From NCBI GenBank assembly GCA_003971905.1, contig RSEE01000027.1, positions 310,001 through 374,000 on the forward strand: a stretch of DNA of 64,000 nucleotides, given 5' to 3'. The DNA is from Moniliella sp. 'wahieum' (lineage: Eukaryota). Below, piece after piece: positions 39,043-51,173 of this stretch. The position numbers were made by a program, and so were the translations under genes. Each line of letters begins with the position of its first letter. Positions within the stretch are counted from its first letter, which is position 1. The notes beneath the pieces were generated by a model. The model saw nothing but the letters and a program-made list of their open reading frames with translations, had not been told where the DNA came from and searched no databases.

Positions 39043-39870
39043 GGACGCAGCCGAAGGCTGTGTGGGCGCGAGAGGGACGAGGGGGCTCACTGGTCAGAGG
39101 CGAGACCGGTTCCGGTCCCACTGGAAGAACCGTTGGGGCAAGAACCGGATCTTCCTGGGCAATTGGCGCGGAGGGGCCGTCGGGGAAGACGGGGTGGAGG
39201 AGGGGCAGGGTGTAGTTTGGGCGCTGTCCGGGTGAGGCACGGCAGGTGGGGCGGCATCCGTTGGGCTTTTCGGAAGAACATGGCCATTGTCCACAACATC
39301 AATGGGCAGAGGCGGAGGCGGAGACGAAGGCGCTTTGATGGTGGTGCCTGTAGGAGACGCGGGCCGCGACGGCGAGGCGGGTGAAGACGCGCCCTTGCGC
39401 CGCGTCTGGGAACGTGCGCGTGTCTTGCCCGACCGTTTGCGCTGCCGAGCCGGAGACGCGGGTGGAGCCGCGTGCGCAGGGGAGCCCGTCTGGCCGGGGG
39501 ACGCGGAGGAGGGGCACGGCGGGCGGGCATGCAGCGCAGACGGGGCGGTGGTGGATCCTCGACGTCTCCCGCCGGTCGAAGGCCAGCCAGCCGCACCGCT
39601 GCGTTGGGCGCTGCCCTGAGACATGCCACGCCGTCTGACACGCGGCACGTCGGCCAGTCGGCCAGTCAACGTGCAACGTTCAGCACTGCTCATTGTTTCA
39701 TGTGTTCAATAGCTCGACGCTGAGGCTCAGCGAGCAGCATGGTCACCAGGCAGGCCCTCACCAGCACCAGCTCCCCACTGGCCCCACTAGCTTCACCCGC
39801 CTCTAGTCACTTCGTCCCTGAGCCTTCAGGATCTCCTGCACGCCAATTCGCTACCTTGCATGTTACAGCC

Positions 39871-39896
39871 GTAACGCGTAACGCGTAACGCGTAAC
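39871..39896. repeat. (GTAACGC)x3.7 heptamer array in the GYP5/PHO88 divergent promoter
   Basis: gtaacgc-gtaacgc-gtaacgc-gtaac, 80 bp upstream of the PHO88 ATG. Confidence 0.95.
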
Positions 39897-39975
39897 CAGT
39901 CACCCATACCGGTCACCTCCCACCGGTCCCACCACCACATTCTCATCGCCTGGCCTTTCGGACAGCTGGCCCAAC

Positions 39976-40648
39976 ATGTCCGCTGCCACATATGTGAGTC
40001 CCCCGTCATTTCGTTGCACTTCCCCCACCCAGATGGTCAGCGCCGGCCGGCGGTGCAGAACGCTCACTGCGTCGTTCGCCGTGCATGCTGCATGCTCTTC
40101 ATCGGAGATGCCAAGCGACAGGCGCCAGTGAAAGTGCATTTCTTCCATGTAGCTGACACGTATTTTCCCCAGTGGGCTCTCATGTTTGGGGCCACGCATG
40201 CTGCCCATAACATTCCGTTTGAGAAGCAACCAGAACTCATCGTCTATGCGCGGGTTGCATACGTGTCGGTACAGCTCTTCTCCCTCGCCCTCTATTACAT
40301 TTGCAAAATGAAGGTCAAGGCAAAGAACGACGTGACCGTGCTCACGTATATGAAACGCGAGAAGAACCCCCTGTCGCAAGAGGGCGGGGGGCTAATCACC
40401 ACCACCCACTGCGAATACGACCTGGACGAGCTCCGAAAATCGATTCGTGATGTCGTTACCGCGTTCCTCATCATGGCTGTTTTGCACCTTTATCTTGGCT
40501 ACAACCGACCGTTGGTCGTGCAGTCCATCGTGCCATTGAAGACCGCGCTCGAGGCAAAGGAGGTCCAGATCTGGATCTGGGCAAGGCAGCCACAGGCGAT
40601 CTGAATCGTCCGTTTGTCAAGGCCCCAGAAAAAGAGGGAGTGAGCTAG
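39976..40648 (+). CDS. PHO88: Pho88/Snd3 ER membrane protein
   Basis: MSAAT, then an intron (GTGAGT...GCTGAC...CAG), then IPFE...YARVAYV...KAKNDVTVLTY...TTTHCEYDL...MAVLHLYLGYNRPLVVQSI...GDLNRPF. Confidence 0.92.
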
Positions 40649-41052
40649 TAGGGCGGCTGCTTTGCTGTCCCTTTAAGCGCAACGCTTCGGGACGAGGTCT
40701 AGTACAATCGCCATGATTGATTCGATCGTTTATGGCCGCGTCTCGTTCCCCGTCATAAGCTACTTCCCTTCATTTGGGATAGTTGGCGCTGCAGATTTGA
40801 GCTTCCAACCCTCGCCAAAGCAAACTGGCGCGGCAGGTCCGCGGCCATTGCGCATCCGAGCTGGTGCATCAAGCTTGATTTATGCTGCCTGGATACAACC
40901 GGATTGGCACTCTTAGGCGGGAACAACCCGTAACGACGGGAAGAAGAAGGAGGGGAGGTGATAAGATGGGGAGAAGAGATGCGGAAAGGCTTGCAAAGCG
41001 AAATTGATGTGGATCTAGTGGCCATTTCAAAAACGTGTTCGTTGATATACAA

Positions 41053-41138
41053 GGTTCCATATTGTAGTTGGTTAGCAAGTAGGATTCTGATTGGGATATC
41101 ACTTTCCTGAAACCTGGGTTCGAATCCCAGTGGGACCT
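41053..41138 (+). tRNA. tRNA-Gln(CTG) with a 13-nt intron (41091-41103)
   Basis: GGTTCCA TA TTGT AGTTGGTTA GCAA G TAGGA TT-CTG-A [intron] T TCCTG AAAC CTGGG TTCGAAT CCCAG TGGGACC T, followed by a T-rich terminator. Confidence 0.95.
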
Positions 41139-41187
41139 TTCTTTTCGCGGTGGTGCGCCGTATGGCAACGTTCCCTGACAACATATA

Positions 41188-41290
41188 TCCCTTTTGCTCT
41201 TCTCCTTCCCTTTCTTCTCCTTCTTCGTCTTCTCTTCGTCTTCTCTTTTCCTCTTCCTCTTTCCTCTTCCTCTCTCTTCCTCTTCTTCTC
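41188..41290. repeat. Near-pure polypyrimidine (CT-rich) tract of about 100 nt
   Basis: Almost only C and T, built from TCTTC/TCC units, just downstream of tRNA-Gln. Confidence 0.85.
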
Positions 41291-41644
41291 GCTCTATTGA
41301 TCATCACTCATACTGTCACTCCTTCGACCACTCATACCACCTCCGCGACCACTCTTTTCACGACCCCCACCCCAACTTTTTCGTCCACGTGTGACGTCTC
41401 ATTGGGCCTGGTCTTCTGGTTTCTGCCGATGCATGCTGCCTGCTGCGGTTCTACCAGGCCAGCTTTCTGCTGTGCCTAGCTGGTTCCCAAGGGCAGCAAC
41501 GGGAACACGCTTGCTCCCCTTGCCAATAAATCATGTGAAGTGTAAGGCCCAACCACCAATAAAAGGAGCAGGGAGAAAATGACATGGATCCCCCACCCTC
41601 CCGCCGGGCGCTACCGGAGCAGCTGTGCCAACAGCGCGTCATCC

Positions 41645-43079
41645 TCAACCCGAACCGAGCGACGCCAAGAGACAAGCAAGGTACACAAAAGGAGAGTGGG
41701 GGGATCGGATAAGGGGAAGGGAAAATTCCTGAGCAAGGGGTTTCATATGTGCGCGGCAGACGGCAGGGGCACATGATGCCATCAGACAGCATGGGGAAAG
41801 GGCAATCCCCTGCGGCTCTGTTGGCCAGATGCGATGCGACCACCCAGAGCCCAAAAGGGCCAAAGTCGGGTTGCCAGCTGTGCTGCTCACTGGTGCGAGG
41901 CTGGCAGGCTGGCGGGGGTGTAGGCGGGGGCGGTCCGTTGGGTCAAGGTGGGGGGGACCACACTCTCGCGGCCGTAGAGGTGGCCTGGTCCGGGGACGGC
42001 GCTCCTTCGTATTTTTCAGTTCTGCTTTCCAAGTCTGTTTGGCTGCGTGCTCACGGAGCTTGGCAAGTTTGTGCTGGTCCATGCGCGTACCGAGGAGCAC
42101 GTCAAAGTGGATAAAGAAAGGCTGGGAGTAATTGTAGCGCAAGCCTTGCATTTGATGATGAATGTCGTGGTACTCGGCCGTGTTGGGGAAGAAAATGTGG
42201 AGCGGATCAATCCACCAAGGGAACGCGTACCCGCCATGGTCGTCCACCGTTTGAGGGTGGAGAAGAAAAAGAGCACGATCGCTTGGCGCATAGTCATGAG
42301 ACTCAGGGCGTTAGAGACGGCGGCACCTAAGCTGTCGAGTACCAAGCCTTCGACAGGGTGATTGTAAAGCGCGCCAAACGCATATGGAACATAGAGACGG
42401 TGGTGGTGGCTGTGGAAGTGGCGGTAGAGGAAGCGCGATTCGTGGGCGGCGCGGTGCCAAAAGTACTGCCACGTGTCCATGACAAGAAGGCCCACCAGTA
42501 CTGGGCAATGGGGATGCCCCACCAGTAGAGCCAGCAGGCGATAGCAGTCCCCCACTGAGCCAAGAAAGCGCTAGCCCGCTTCTGTGTCACGACGCGCGCC
42601 ACGACGCGGGTCAAGTACTGTCCTACCAGGGTAATTCCAGCACGGTGGTCCATGGTCACCTGGGCATGCATCACTTCCTCCGACTCGAGGACAATGATGC
42701 CGAGCAAGGTCTGGATCAGCTGCTGGAGGGCGACCATCTTGACGACCTGGGTCTTGGTGACCTTGTTGCGTGCCTTGATCTCCTCGGGCTCGTGGATGCG
42801 GTAGCGCTCGAAAAAGGGCAATTGGAGCCGGTCGATCAGCTCGTAGACCATGCTGTAGACCCAGTAGACCACCACGGGCGCGGCGAGGGAGAGGTACTTG
42901 TCGCTGAGCACATGCCACAGGCTCTCGCGCTCGACGCGGTAGACGGGATAGGTGATGGGCGGGGGAGGTCGGTAGGGGGCGAGCGGATGAGAGGAGGGCA
43001 GGGGCGGGATGAAGGTGTCGGCGATGCGCAGGGCGTACGGCAGCAGCGGCAGCGGCAGCACCGTTGTGGTGCCATTCAT
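41645..43079 (-). CDS. SUR2: Sphinganine C4-hydroxylase (fatty-acid hydroxylase superfamily)
   Basis: SDKYLSLAAPVVVYW, RYRIHEPEEIKARN, and histidine boxes DTWQYFWHR, HFHSHHHRLYVPYAFGALYNHPVEG, DDHGGY and YHDIHHQ...NYSQPFF. The 3' end is uncertain. Confidence 0.95.
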
Positions 43080-43091
43080 GGCGGGCACCCA

Positions 43092-43127
43092 GAGGAGGAG
43101 GAGGAGGAGGAGGAGGAGGAGGAGGAG
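43092..43127. repeat. (GAG)12 microsatellite; (CTC)12 in the SUR2 5' UTR
   Basis: Perfect trinucleotide run ending 12 nt before the SUR2 ATG on the minus strand. Confidence 0.95.
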
Positions 43128-43809
43128 ATGGGGGGAAGACGCGCTGGCGGCGGCCGAAGCCACATGTGGGGCTCTTCTGGGCTGCCTGCTGGCCAGCCAA
43201 AAAAGTCTGGGAGGGCCAACGCCGAACGCCGAGTGGCAAAGCCGGCGCTGGCTGTCACCCGTAGGCGCATGCATGATGGCCACGGGGGGACACGCCCTTG
43301 TGACTGCCCCCATGCGGTGGCTGGCCTGCGCGCGCCCTGCGGGAATACTTTTGGGCCACACAAAACCCACAGCAAGCCGACGGAAGGACGCAGTGGTACC
43401 CAGCACCCACCTGCCACCTGCGTACGTCTCCCCCTCTCCCTCCTCTGCAATTCCATGGACAAGGGGGCGCGATTGCGCCTAACCAGCCCTCACACGCACG
43501 CCTCACGAGCTCCAGCAACTACTACTCGGCCTGATCGATTAAACCTTGAAGCTTGATCTGCGGCCTGGCCGGGAATCCCCGGGTATGCTGTGGCTGGCTG
43601 TACTGCTCGGTCGGCCAGTCCCGGGCTGCAAATTGACGTGAGTAGCTAGTAGCCGGTAACCGCCAAACGTTTAGCGGTAACCCGCAGTGAGTCACAGCAA
43701 GATCACCGCCCAACGGCTGGGTCCAAGTTGGGGCCAGCGGAATGCAATTCCGCCCTGTTTTTCCTGCCGCTTTTAATTGGCCTCCCCCGTCCCGCCCAGG
43801 CTCTCCGTC

Positions 43810-45186
43810 ATGCCCAGCATGGCCGCCGTCGAGCATGGCCCAGGCCCAGGCCCAGGCGCGCCTCCGCCCTCCACGGCACTCCAGGAGCTGGACGCGGAGT
43901 ACCCAGACAAAGTGCCCGTGTCGCTGATTGCTGGCCATGCGTATGTGTGGCGCGTCAAGGACGCCTCCCGCCTCCGCGTCGACCACCACATCTGCGGCCT
44001 CTTGATTGGCACCCTGCCTCTCATTCCACAGCAGAACGTATTCCTCGGCCTCCCTCTGCAGCTCATCCCGGAGGAAGTCGTGTACCTGCTGCGCTCCAGT
44101 ATGTGCCTTGCTCCCGTCCCCCGCGCCAGTCCAGCCCATTCTGACCTGCCCCTGCCCCCGTAGACGCGATTGTGCTGATTGACGATGCGGCGTCGTTTGA
44201 CCCGCCCTCGCGCTCGGCGCTGGACCTGTACATTGCGTCGCTCAACGAGGATGCATCGCGCCAGCAGGCCGAACAGGCCGCGGCCAGCCAGATGAGCAAA
44301 GCGGCTGCTATCCAAAAACTGCTCGGCCAAGGAGGCTCGTCCGCCCCCTCGGGCGCCAGCGCAGAGGAATCGGCAGCGTTGCAAAAGGCCATGGCCAAAC
44401 GTAAGGCACGGGAAGAAAAAACGCCAACGCCAGTTGGCCTTGGCCAGCCAAACTGCCAATTCCGCCGCCGAGCCCACCGCCGAGCCCACCGCCGAGCCCA
44501 CCGCCGAGCCCACCGCCGAGCCCACTGCCGACGCGGCTGCGGCCACACCCACGTCCTCGGCCCCAACCCCGGCCTCTTTCCCGCCACCAGCCAGCCAAGT
44601 TGCAGCCAAGAACGCCGAGACGAGCCCGTGAGCCTTGGGCGCGACGAGGGGGACAATTGGCCCCCCCCCGGCGTACCAGTACACCACTCCGTCCGCGGCG
44701 CTCGAGCCTCCTTTGCCGATGGAATGGTACCACCCTCTGTCGCCTGCCACCCCCGAGGGCGGGGCGAAACAGGTGCGTGTGCACACGACCCTGTCGAGCG
44801 CCAAGCGAGGGGTGATGGACGTTCCCCAGCACTCCGATGGAGCGAGCGCGTTGTGCGGTGTTTGAGTCGCTGCACGAGTTGGGGTACTACATGGGCGTGG
44901 GGCTTCGGTTTGGGGGGACTTTGTCGTCTACCCTGGTGACCCACTTCGGTACCACTCCCATTTCACTGCGACCGTCAAGCCTGCGCCTACTTCCTCCCTC
45001 AGCGCGATGGAGTTGATTGCGAATGGCCGTCTGGGCACAGCGGTCAAAAAGGCGCATCTGATTGCCGCTTGCGATGGCATCCGTCCCGACCAGGAACAGG
45101 TTCCGTCCGAGTGGGAAGACTCGATTGACCATCGCTTTGGCTCGGTCGAGTACTTTTCCCTTACCTGGGCTGGGTTTGGCACTTAA
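43810..45186 (+). CDS. SEN34: tRNA-splicing endonuclease catalytic subunit Sen34
   Basis: LRVDHHICGLLIGTLPLIPQQNVFLGLPLQL, GYYMGVGLRFGG(D)FVVYPGDPLRYHSHF, GRLGTAVKKAHL and YFSLTWAGFGT*. Intron at about 44099-44163. Confidence 0.95.
44467..44526 (+). repeat. (GCCGAGCCCACC)x5 coding minisatellite (AEPT repeats) in SEN34
   Basis: Four perfect 12-mers plus one with a synonymous last base. Confidence 0.95.
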
Positions 45187-46105
45187 TCTCGCTCGCTGCC
45201 CGTTCTCGCCCCACAAGTGGCCACCTATAGCACCCGTATCCCATTCTAAGAGATTGGTTGGAAATTTTTCCATTAGACTACCCACATGTTGGTGACAGCC
45301 ATCAGTACATCAGTAACCAGTGTGCCTCCTAGCAACAGTGGGACCGAGGGTGCGGATTGCTCCAACGAAAACAGAAGTAGTCGCGATGAGAGATGGAACA
45401 AGTCACGATAATGGAAGCTCAGGCAGCAGATCTCACCGGTCCCCTCGCCTGGTACACCGTAGCAACCTGGGTGCAAGTCTCCAAAGCGAGAAACGCAACA
45501 GCGAACGACCAAGCAACCTCATTTTTATCCCTTGTTGAGAACGTTGAGATGATACCAGAAAAGAGCAGCGATCGCAAAACGATCACCTTCTGCCTTGACC
45601 CTTGCAACGTCTCAGTCCACCGCCAAGGCACCTCACAAGCGTGGTTCGCAGCGTACCCCAGCTGCTGGACACACTGCGGACCAAACTCACCCTCGGATGC
45701 GCCATCGGGGTATTGGATTGGGGAGGGGGGGTGGAAGCGGGAAGAGCCTTCGTCCTGATCCTGGTCCTGTCCTGTCCTGTCGGCTATTATCACTGTTGGC
45801 GTGCCAGAGTGTACCGCTGTCAGGCGCCGCCCTGTGCCCCGGGTCCATGGCCCAAGCGTCCTGTCCCGCCCCGGCTCGTTCCGCCTTGTCCTACGCTCAC
45901 ACCCATGTGGACTGGGAAATTGGAGCACGCCGATAGGACCTTGGCGGGCTGCCTTCAGTGGGGCTGCAGCGGGCCCGCGACCACCCAGGCGCCGAGAACC
46001 GCTTTGGCTCCACGGGCACCACGGCCAGCCAAGGCTGACGGACCTAGAGGATGGAGCACAGCTACGCGGATCATCAATCATCAATCTTCAAACATGCATC
46101 ATCTA

Positions 46106-49100
46106 TCAGCAAGGCCGCAACAACGCAGCCCAGACAGAGATCAACAGCAAACGAGTGTGGCAAGTCGAGTCGAGCGTGACAGCAGAGGGTATCAGGCAGG
46201 CAAGGGGGCAGGGGGAAGGAATAGAGAAGGGGTGCGCCAGCGCTTCGGCTAGCTCACGGACCGGCGCGGGAAAACAATGCGTCCAACTCCTTTTGCGCAG
46301 CAGTACGGCGGCGGGTGGTGTAGGTGCCCCCCGCTGGACGGGAGCGGTAACAGGCAGCGGGTCAGGGGGAGGGAAGCAAGGGGGGGTCGGCCTGCGCGAC
46401 GCGCGGGGCAGAGGGAGGGGCGGGTGGTAGGTGGAGGGAGAATTTGGGCCGGACAGGCCGTGGGGGAGGGGAGGTGACGAGCGCAACAGTCCCGTGGCCG
46501 GATCCGGCGCCGTCTCAACAGGCTCCTCAGTTGGCTTCTTGTCTTGGGGCACTGCATCGCCACGCTCTTCCACCCATTCGTCGCTTTCCTCGGGTGGGTG
46601 GTAGGAGGTGCGATTGATAGTGCCCGTCCGAGGCTTGGACCGCACAGATCGGTTGGACCGAGCCGAGGAGCGCCGAACCAGGAAGGTGGACGAGCCCTTT
46701 CCGCCGCACTGGGCACCCTCCGAACAGAGCGGCTGGAGGAGGAACGGGAAAGCGGGCGGGGACCAGCAGATTTGGGGGGGAGGTGGGGGCTACGGTAGCG
46801 TGACGTCGGCAAGGGAAGATGGTCTCGCACGGGACTGGTTCGGAAGCTGGGGTGGAGCGACTTGCGCTTGCTCCACAGTTTAGCCAACCCGTGGGCGTGC
46901 CTTTGCCCTTTGCCTTGGGCTGAGGCTCGGGTGCAGTCGCCTGGCTCGGCAGCGGATCGACGACGGTGGCCTGGGCCTTGATCGAGCTGGGGAGGGAGGA
47001 ACAGGAGGGACCTGCGATTTACGCCGCTTTTCCTGCTTTTCCTGCTTGGCATCGTGCACTCGGACCATACGGTCGAGCTTGTGCAGCTCCTTGAGCATAG
47101 CCGCCTCGGCCTTGCGCTTGGCCTTTCCGCTTTGGCTGCCTGCTTGGACGCTTGCCAAGCCGCACGGCGGTCCGCTAAACTGCGCGCCGAGCGCGTGGCT
47201 TGGACTGAGGATCGTCACTGGTGCCATCGTGGTTGCAGTCAGGCGGGGCTGGGCTGGGGCCGGGTCCGAAGCAACTCCCGCACCGGACGCGACGAGGTCA
47301 AAGGGAAGCGGCCTGGTCGATGCCATTCCGCCACGCTCCTCTTCGTTGCTAGGGGACAGGACAGGCAGCCTCCCCGTCCGACACGCCTGAGGCCGTCGTG
47401 ACCGAGCTGGACTGAGACGCGACGAGGGGAGGAAGTATGGGTTGTCCCCGACCCCGATCCCGATCCGACTCACATCGAGAGGGATAAGGGTCGCGAGGTG
47501 TACAGTCGGCCGACGGGGGGGGCGGTGGTTGGTCCAGCACCCGTCGGCCGGTTTGGGACGCTGGCGTGGTCACCGCCCAAGGGTAGGCGGCCACCAAGTC
47601 AGGGGAGAGGGGGTGGAGGTACGCGTCGCCTTGACTGTCCCTTTTGTTCCACCGACGGGGCAGGTTGGGCCGAGTCGTCGCCGTCGATGGACGCAAGGAC
47701 AGGACGAGCTGGATCGTAGGCAGAGGTAGGTGCCGCCCCGTCTGCCTCATCCTTTGGGTGGGGGGATAAAGAGAAAGGTAGGGTGAGTGGCGGTGCCAAG
47801 GGTTCCAACTGGGTCGGCGGCAGGCACTGGCTCAACTTCGACCGCCGCGGGCGTGAGCACCGTGCTTGACCGCTCTTTCTTTTGCGCAGACCAAACCCAA
47901 AGAGTGAAACGTGGCTCGGCGCCGTTTCTTCTCTCATGGGCAGCTCGGAAAGAGGGGGTCGGCGATGGGGATGGGGGGAGCACGGCCGGGACTGAGTCCG
48001 GCTGGTGCAATGGGCCGGACGGAAAGTCCGACAGAAGGAGGTGGGTTGGCCTGCGCGTTGGTCTCGAAGCAGGGACAAGGCAGTGGGAGTGCGGATACGA
48101 TCGGTCGAGGGAGGCCAAGGCGGGGGATAGGTCAAGGGCGGGGGAGTTGGACCTGGGATCGGGTGCGGGATCAGAGGAGGTAGAGAGAGGAAGTGAAAGA
48201 GGGAAGGAACGAGTCCTCTCCCATCCCTTCCCCCATCTCGCCACGCATGCCTGCCCTGGTTCGTTAACCAGCGCAAGCGATGTCGCTAGCTCCAAGGGGG
48301 GAGAAGCAGGGCGCATGGTGGGTGAGCCTTGCGGAGTAGCCCATATCTCAGTTTGAGAGCTAAACGAGTCCCGTACTGTGGTAGGGGGCTGAGATGCGAA
48401 CGATTGTGGGTGGGGGGGCGAAGGTGGAAGGGAAGGAGTGGAGGCGAGGGCAGTTTGTGGAGGACCCACCAAAGGGGTCACCCCATTTTCCGTAGGGTGG
48501 TTGGCCGGAAGGACTGCGCGCTCGAGGTGGTGCTCGTTTGAGGTAGCCACATCAGACGGCTGGATTCCCAGATCGGCTGTCGAAGATGTGGAGGCGACAG
48601 CTTCCGAGTCAGTCGATTCCACAGACTGCTTGAACATCATGGACCGGCGTTTGGAGGGCTCAACAGTAAGCTCGGCCGTCGTCGTACCTCCGTCGGCCAA
48701 GTCGGTGATAACCACGTCGGGAATGGAGAAGTGGTCGCGGCGCTTGTGGGAGCGCAGGACTACTTCTGCCGCCTGGACCTGAGCCGCGTGGAGAAGGATC
48801 GACGCTTCGGCCGCCATTTCACACGGCAAACTGAGCTGCTGCACGCCGGCCACGACAGGGGCGCCCAAGATCCATTGGTCGGGCGCTTGCATCCCCTCGG
48901 GCAGAGGCCATCCAGCCAGCCGCGCATCGGCCAGCAGGGCGGCGCCGTGCTCAGGGGGTAGGGGATGGGACCTACTGCGCCCTCGGCTTGTGGCGGCACG
49001 TACGGCCACGGCTCGTCGACCGAGTAGGTGTCGTCGTAACCATAGTCGTCTCGTCGGCCTCTTGCTCGTCTGGGCTGTCGAACTGGGCATCGTCGATGGA

Positions 49101-49308
49101 CTCGTCGGGGAGGGACGGAGTAGGCGGGGTAAGCGGCGGAGGATACGTCGGGCGCATGTGGCAGGTCGGACAGGGCAGGCTCGTCCGATTCCGGAGCCTG
49201 GCCATTGGAGAGACTGACACGGTCGAGGGGAGCTACGGAGGTGGGGGGCGGCTGGGCGACGGGGATGGGGGCGGGGACGACAGGGCGGGCAGTGGAGACG
49301 GCCGCCAT
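46106..49308 (-). CDS. Large S/P-rich hypothetical protein of about 1000 aa, no recognised domain
   Basis: ATG in good context (GCCATGG) at 49308, followed by a chain of long same-strand ORFs (48760-49653, 47747-49864, 46880-47473, 46106-46645) with protein-like segments such as AKRKAEAAMLKELHKLDRMVRVHD. Boundaries are approximate. Confidence 0.6.
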
Positions 49309-51173
49309 GGCGAAGCAGGCGGGGGGCGAAACGAAGGTGGGGGACGGGAGGCGGGGAGGAGGGCTGCTGGATGGGTGGAGGTGCTGTGGTGTGGCTGCTG
49401 AACACAAAACACGGCAGTTGGCCTCTGGCGCTGCAGCAGCGCAGCGAGCGAGCAGTCTGGTCTTGCGTCCACCTGTGCTCGCCGCACCGCCACGCTGTCC
49501 TCGTGCCAGGCGGCGGGCCAGCCACCTGTGCCGGCGCCCGGGGGCAGTGGCACGATCGACACGTGCCACACTGCGCCCGCGCTGCAGCTGCACGGGGGTG
49601 GCGCCCAGGGTCCCCGAGCGCCACGCCGCACGCTGCCCCCGCGCGCACCACACCAGTCGCGCGCCCTGTTGGGTGAAACCCTAGTGGTGGCCCGCATGCA
49701 CCGCCGCGGTGGACACTCGTCCACCGCCGACCGATCACCGCGGCCGACGGCCTCGTGTGGCCGAGCGGCAGCTGCAGCCCGCGGCAGCCCTGGGGCAGCA
49801 CCACGCAGCACTCACTAACCATGCAACACACGGGAGAAGCGAGAGCACGCCGGGATTCCAACATACATATTCTTTCGCAAGGTCTGACAAGTCCATGGAA
49901 TATGGATCCCGCCTAGAGGCCGCATATTCCTCGTCCGCCGAACCGTATACGTCGCAGCAGCCATCCTCAAACTCGACCGCCTTCCTTCTCACCCCCACTT
50001 GGTCAACTCGACGCGCGCCATCTGCCCATGAATTATCGGTCCACGACACAATCTTGAAGGGATCCTCGCGCAATATGGAGGGAGGTGTTCCACCTCATTG
50101 TTTCGGCCGGAAAATCGGCTTGTCCAAGCCCTTGACACTCTCGTCACAATTTACACCTCTCCGATTGCTGCTGTATCGTCATTTTTCGCCGACAGCTCAT
50201 CGACCAGTTTGGTAGAACTCATTCAGGTCCTCCCCAATTGAGTACAGCCACAGTATGTATACCCCAGCGGTGTCATATGCATGTCTGGGGATTGATCAGT
50301 CATTGTGGTGGAAAGGGTAAACTGGGCTGCTGCATCACCCAACTTTGCCTGGGTCCCGGTGCTTGGACCACAGCACCGGCTTGCTTCAACAGACCGTGGG
50401 GGACGTGAATGGCCCCGCGTCAAGAGGGTGGCAGGGAGACCTGCATCGAGACGTGGCTGGGGTGTGGAGGCGTGTGTTAACAGGATATCGGTACGTATAA
50501 TAACACTGTGCATCTTGAGAGAAGCAACCTTTCTGTCGTCTTGACACTGTCTAGCAGTGAAAAAGGCTCAGTGGGAGGAAAGACTATAAGTCTCGTGCGA
50601 ATTGATCACGATGAACGGCCGTGCCTCGGGTATATGCTTACAGAGGAACCAAGTTGCCCGGGGAACGCTTGACCTTGAACCATTTGAGGTGGAATGCCGG
50701 CGGGGTCACGTCGTTTAGATTCATCCGTCAGAGCCGTGCGAAACAATGGAGGTGGAGGGGGGGCGTGAAACTGTCGAGGTTGGGTAGTCTGGCCAATCTC
50801 CCGATCAACTTAATCGTCGACGTAAGAATCCCACCCCCCCGACTAATCTACGCTGACATCAACTTTTTTTACACCGATAGGGCATCCCTTCTTGGGACTT
50901 TCGCCGTGACGAGAGGGAGAGAAGAAGGAAGAAATGCAACTACGGGACCGCGTGGCAGGCGAAGAAGGGTATTGCAGAAATGGTACAACGGGATGCTCCT
51001 ACCAGGGAGAGCATGCAGTGCTAACAAAATGAATGGGAACGCAGCCCAGGAAGGACTGACCATGAAGAGCAAGTAGATACTTAGTTACCGTTAACAACAT
51101 GGCAACGGATGCTGGGGTGAACGGCCAGGTGACCGATGCGGCCGGGGAAGGAAGAGGAGCCTAGGCACCGCAC

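Noticed and set aside
25482..43079. LIP-IRE1-OSH3-PHO88-SUR2 as an ER/lipid gene cluster
   Set aside because: They are interleaved with unrelated housekeeping genes (SOL, GYP5, tRNA) and show no shared pathway or backbone enzyme, so chance adjacency suffices.
41053..45186. SEN34 lying near intron-containing tRNA genes
   Set aside because: Intron-containing tRNA genes are common and dispersed in basidiomycetes; all three in this window have introns regardless of distance.
45419..46084. Minus-strand ORF with a GTGAGT donor-like site downstream of SEN34
   Set aside because: I found no convincing branch point/acceptor or protein motif, so a gene cannot be supported.
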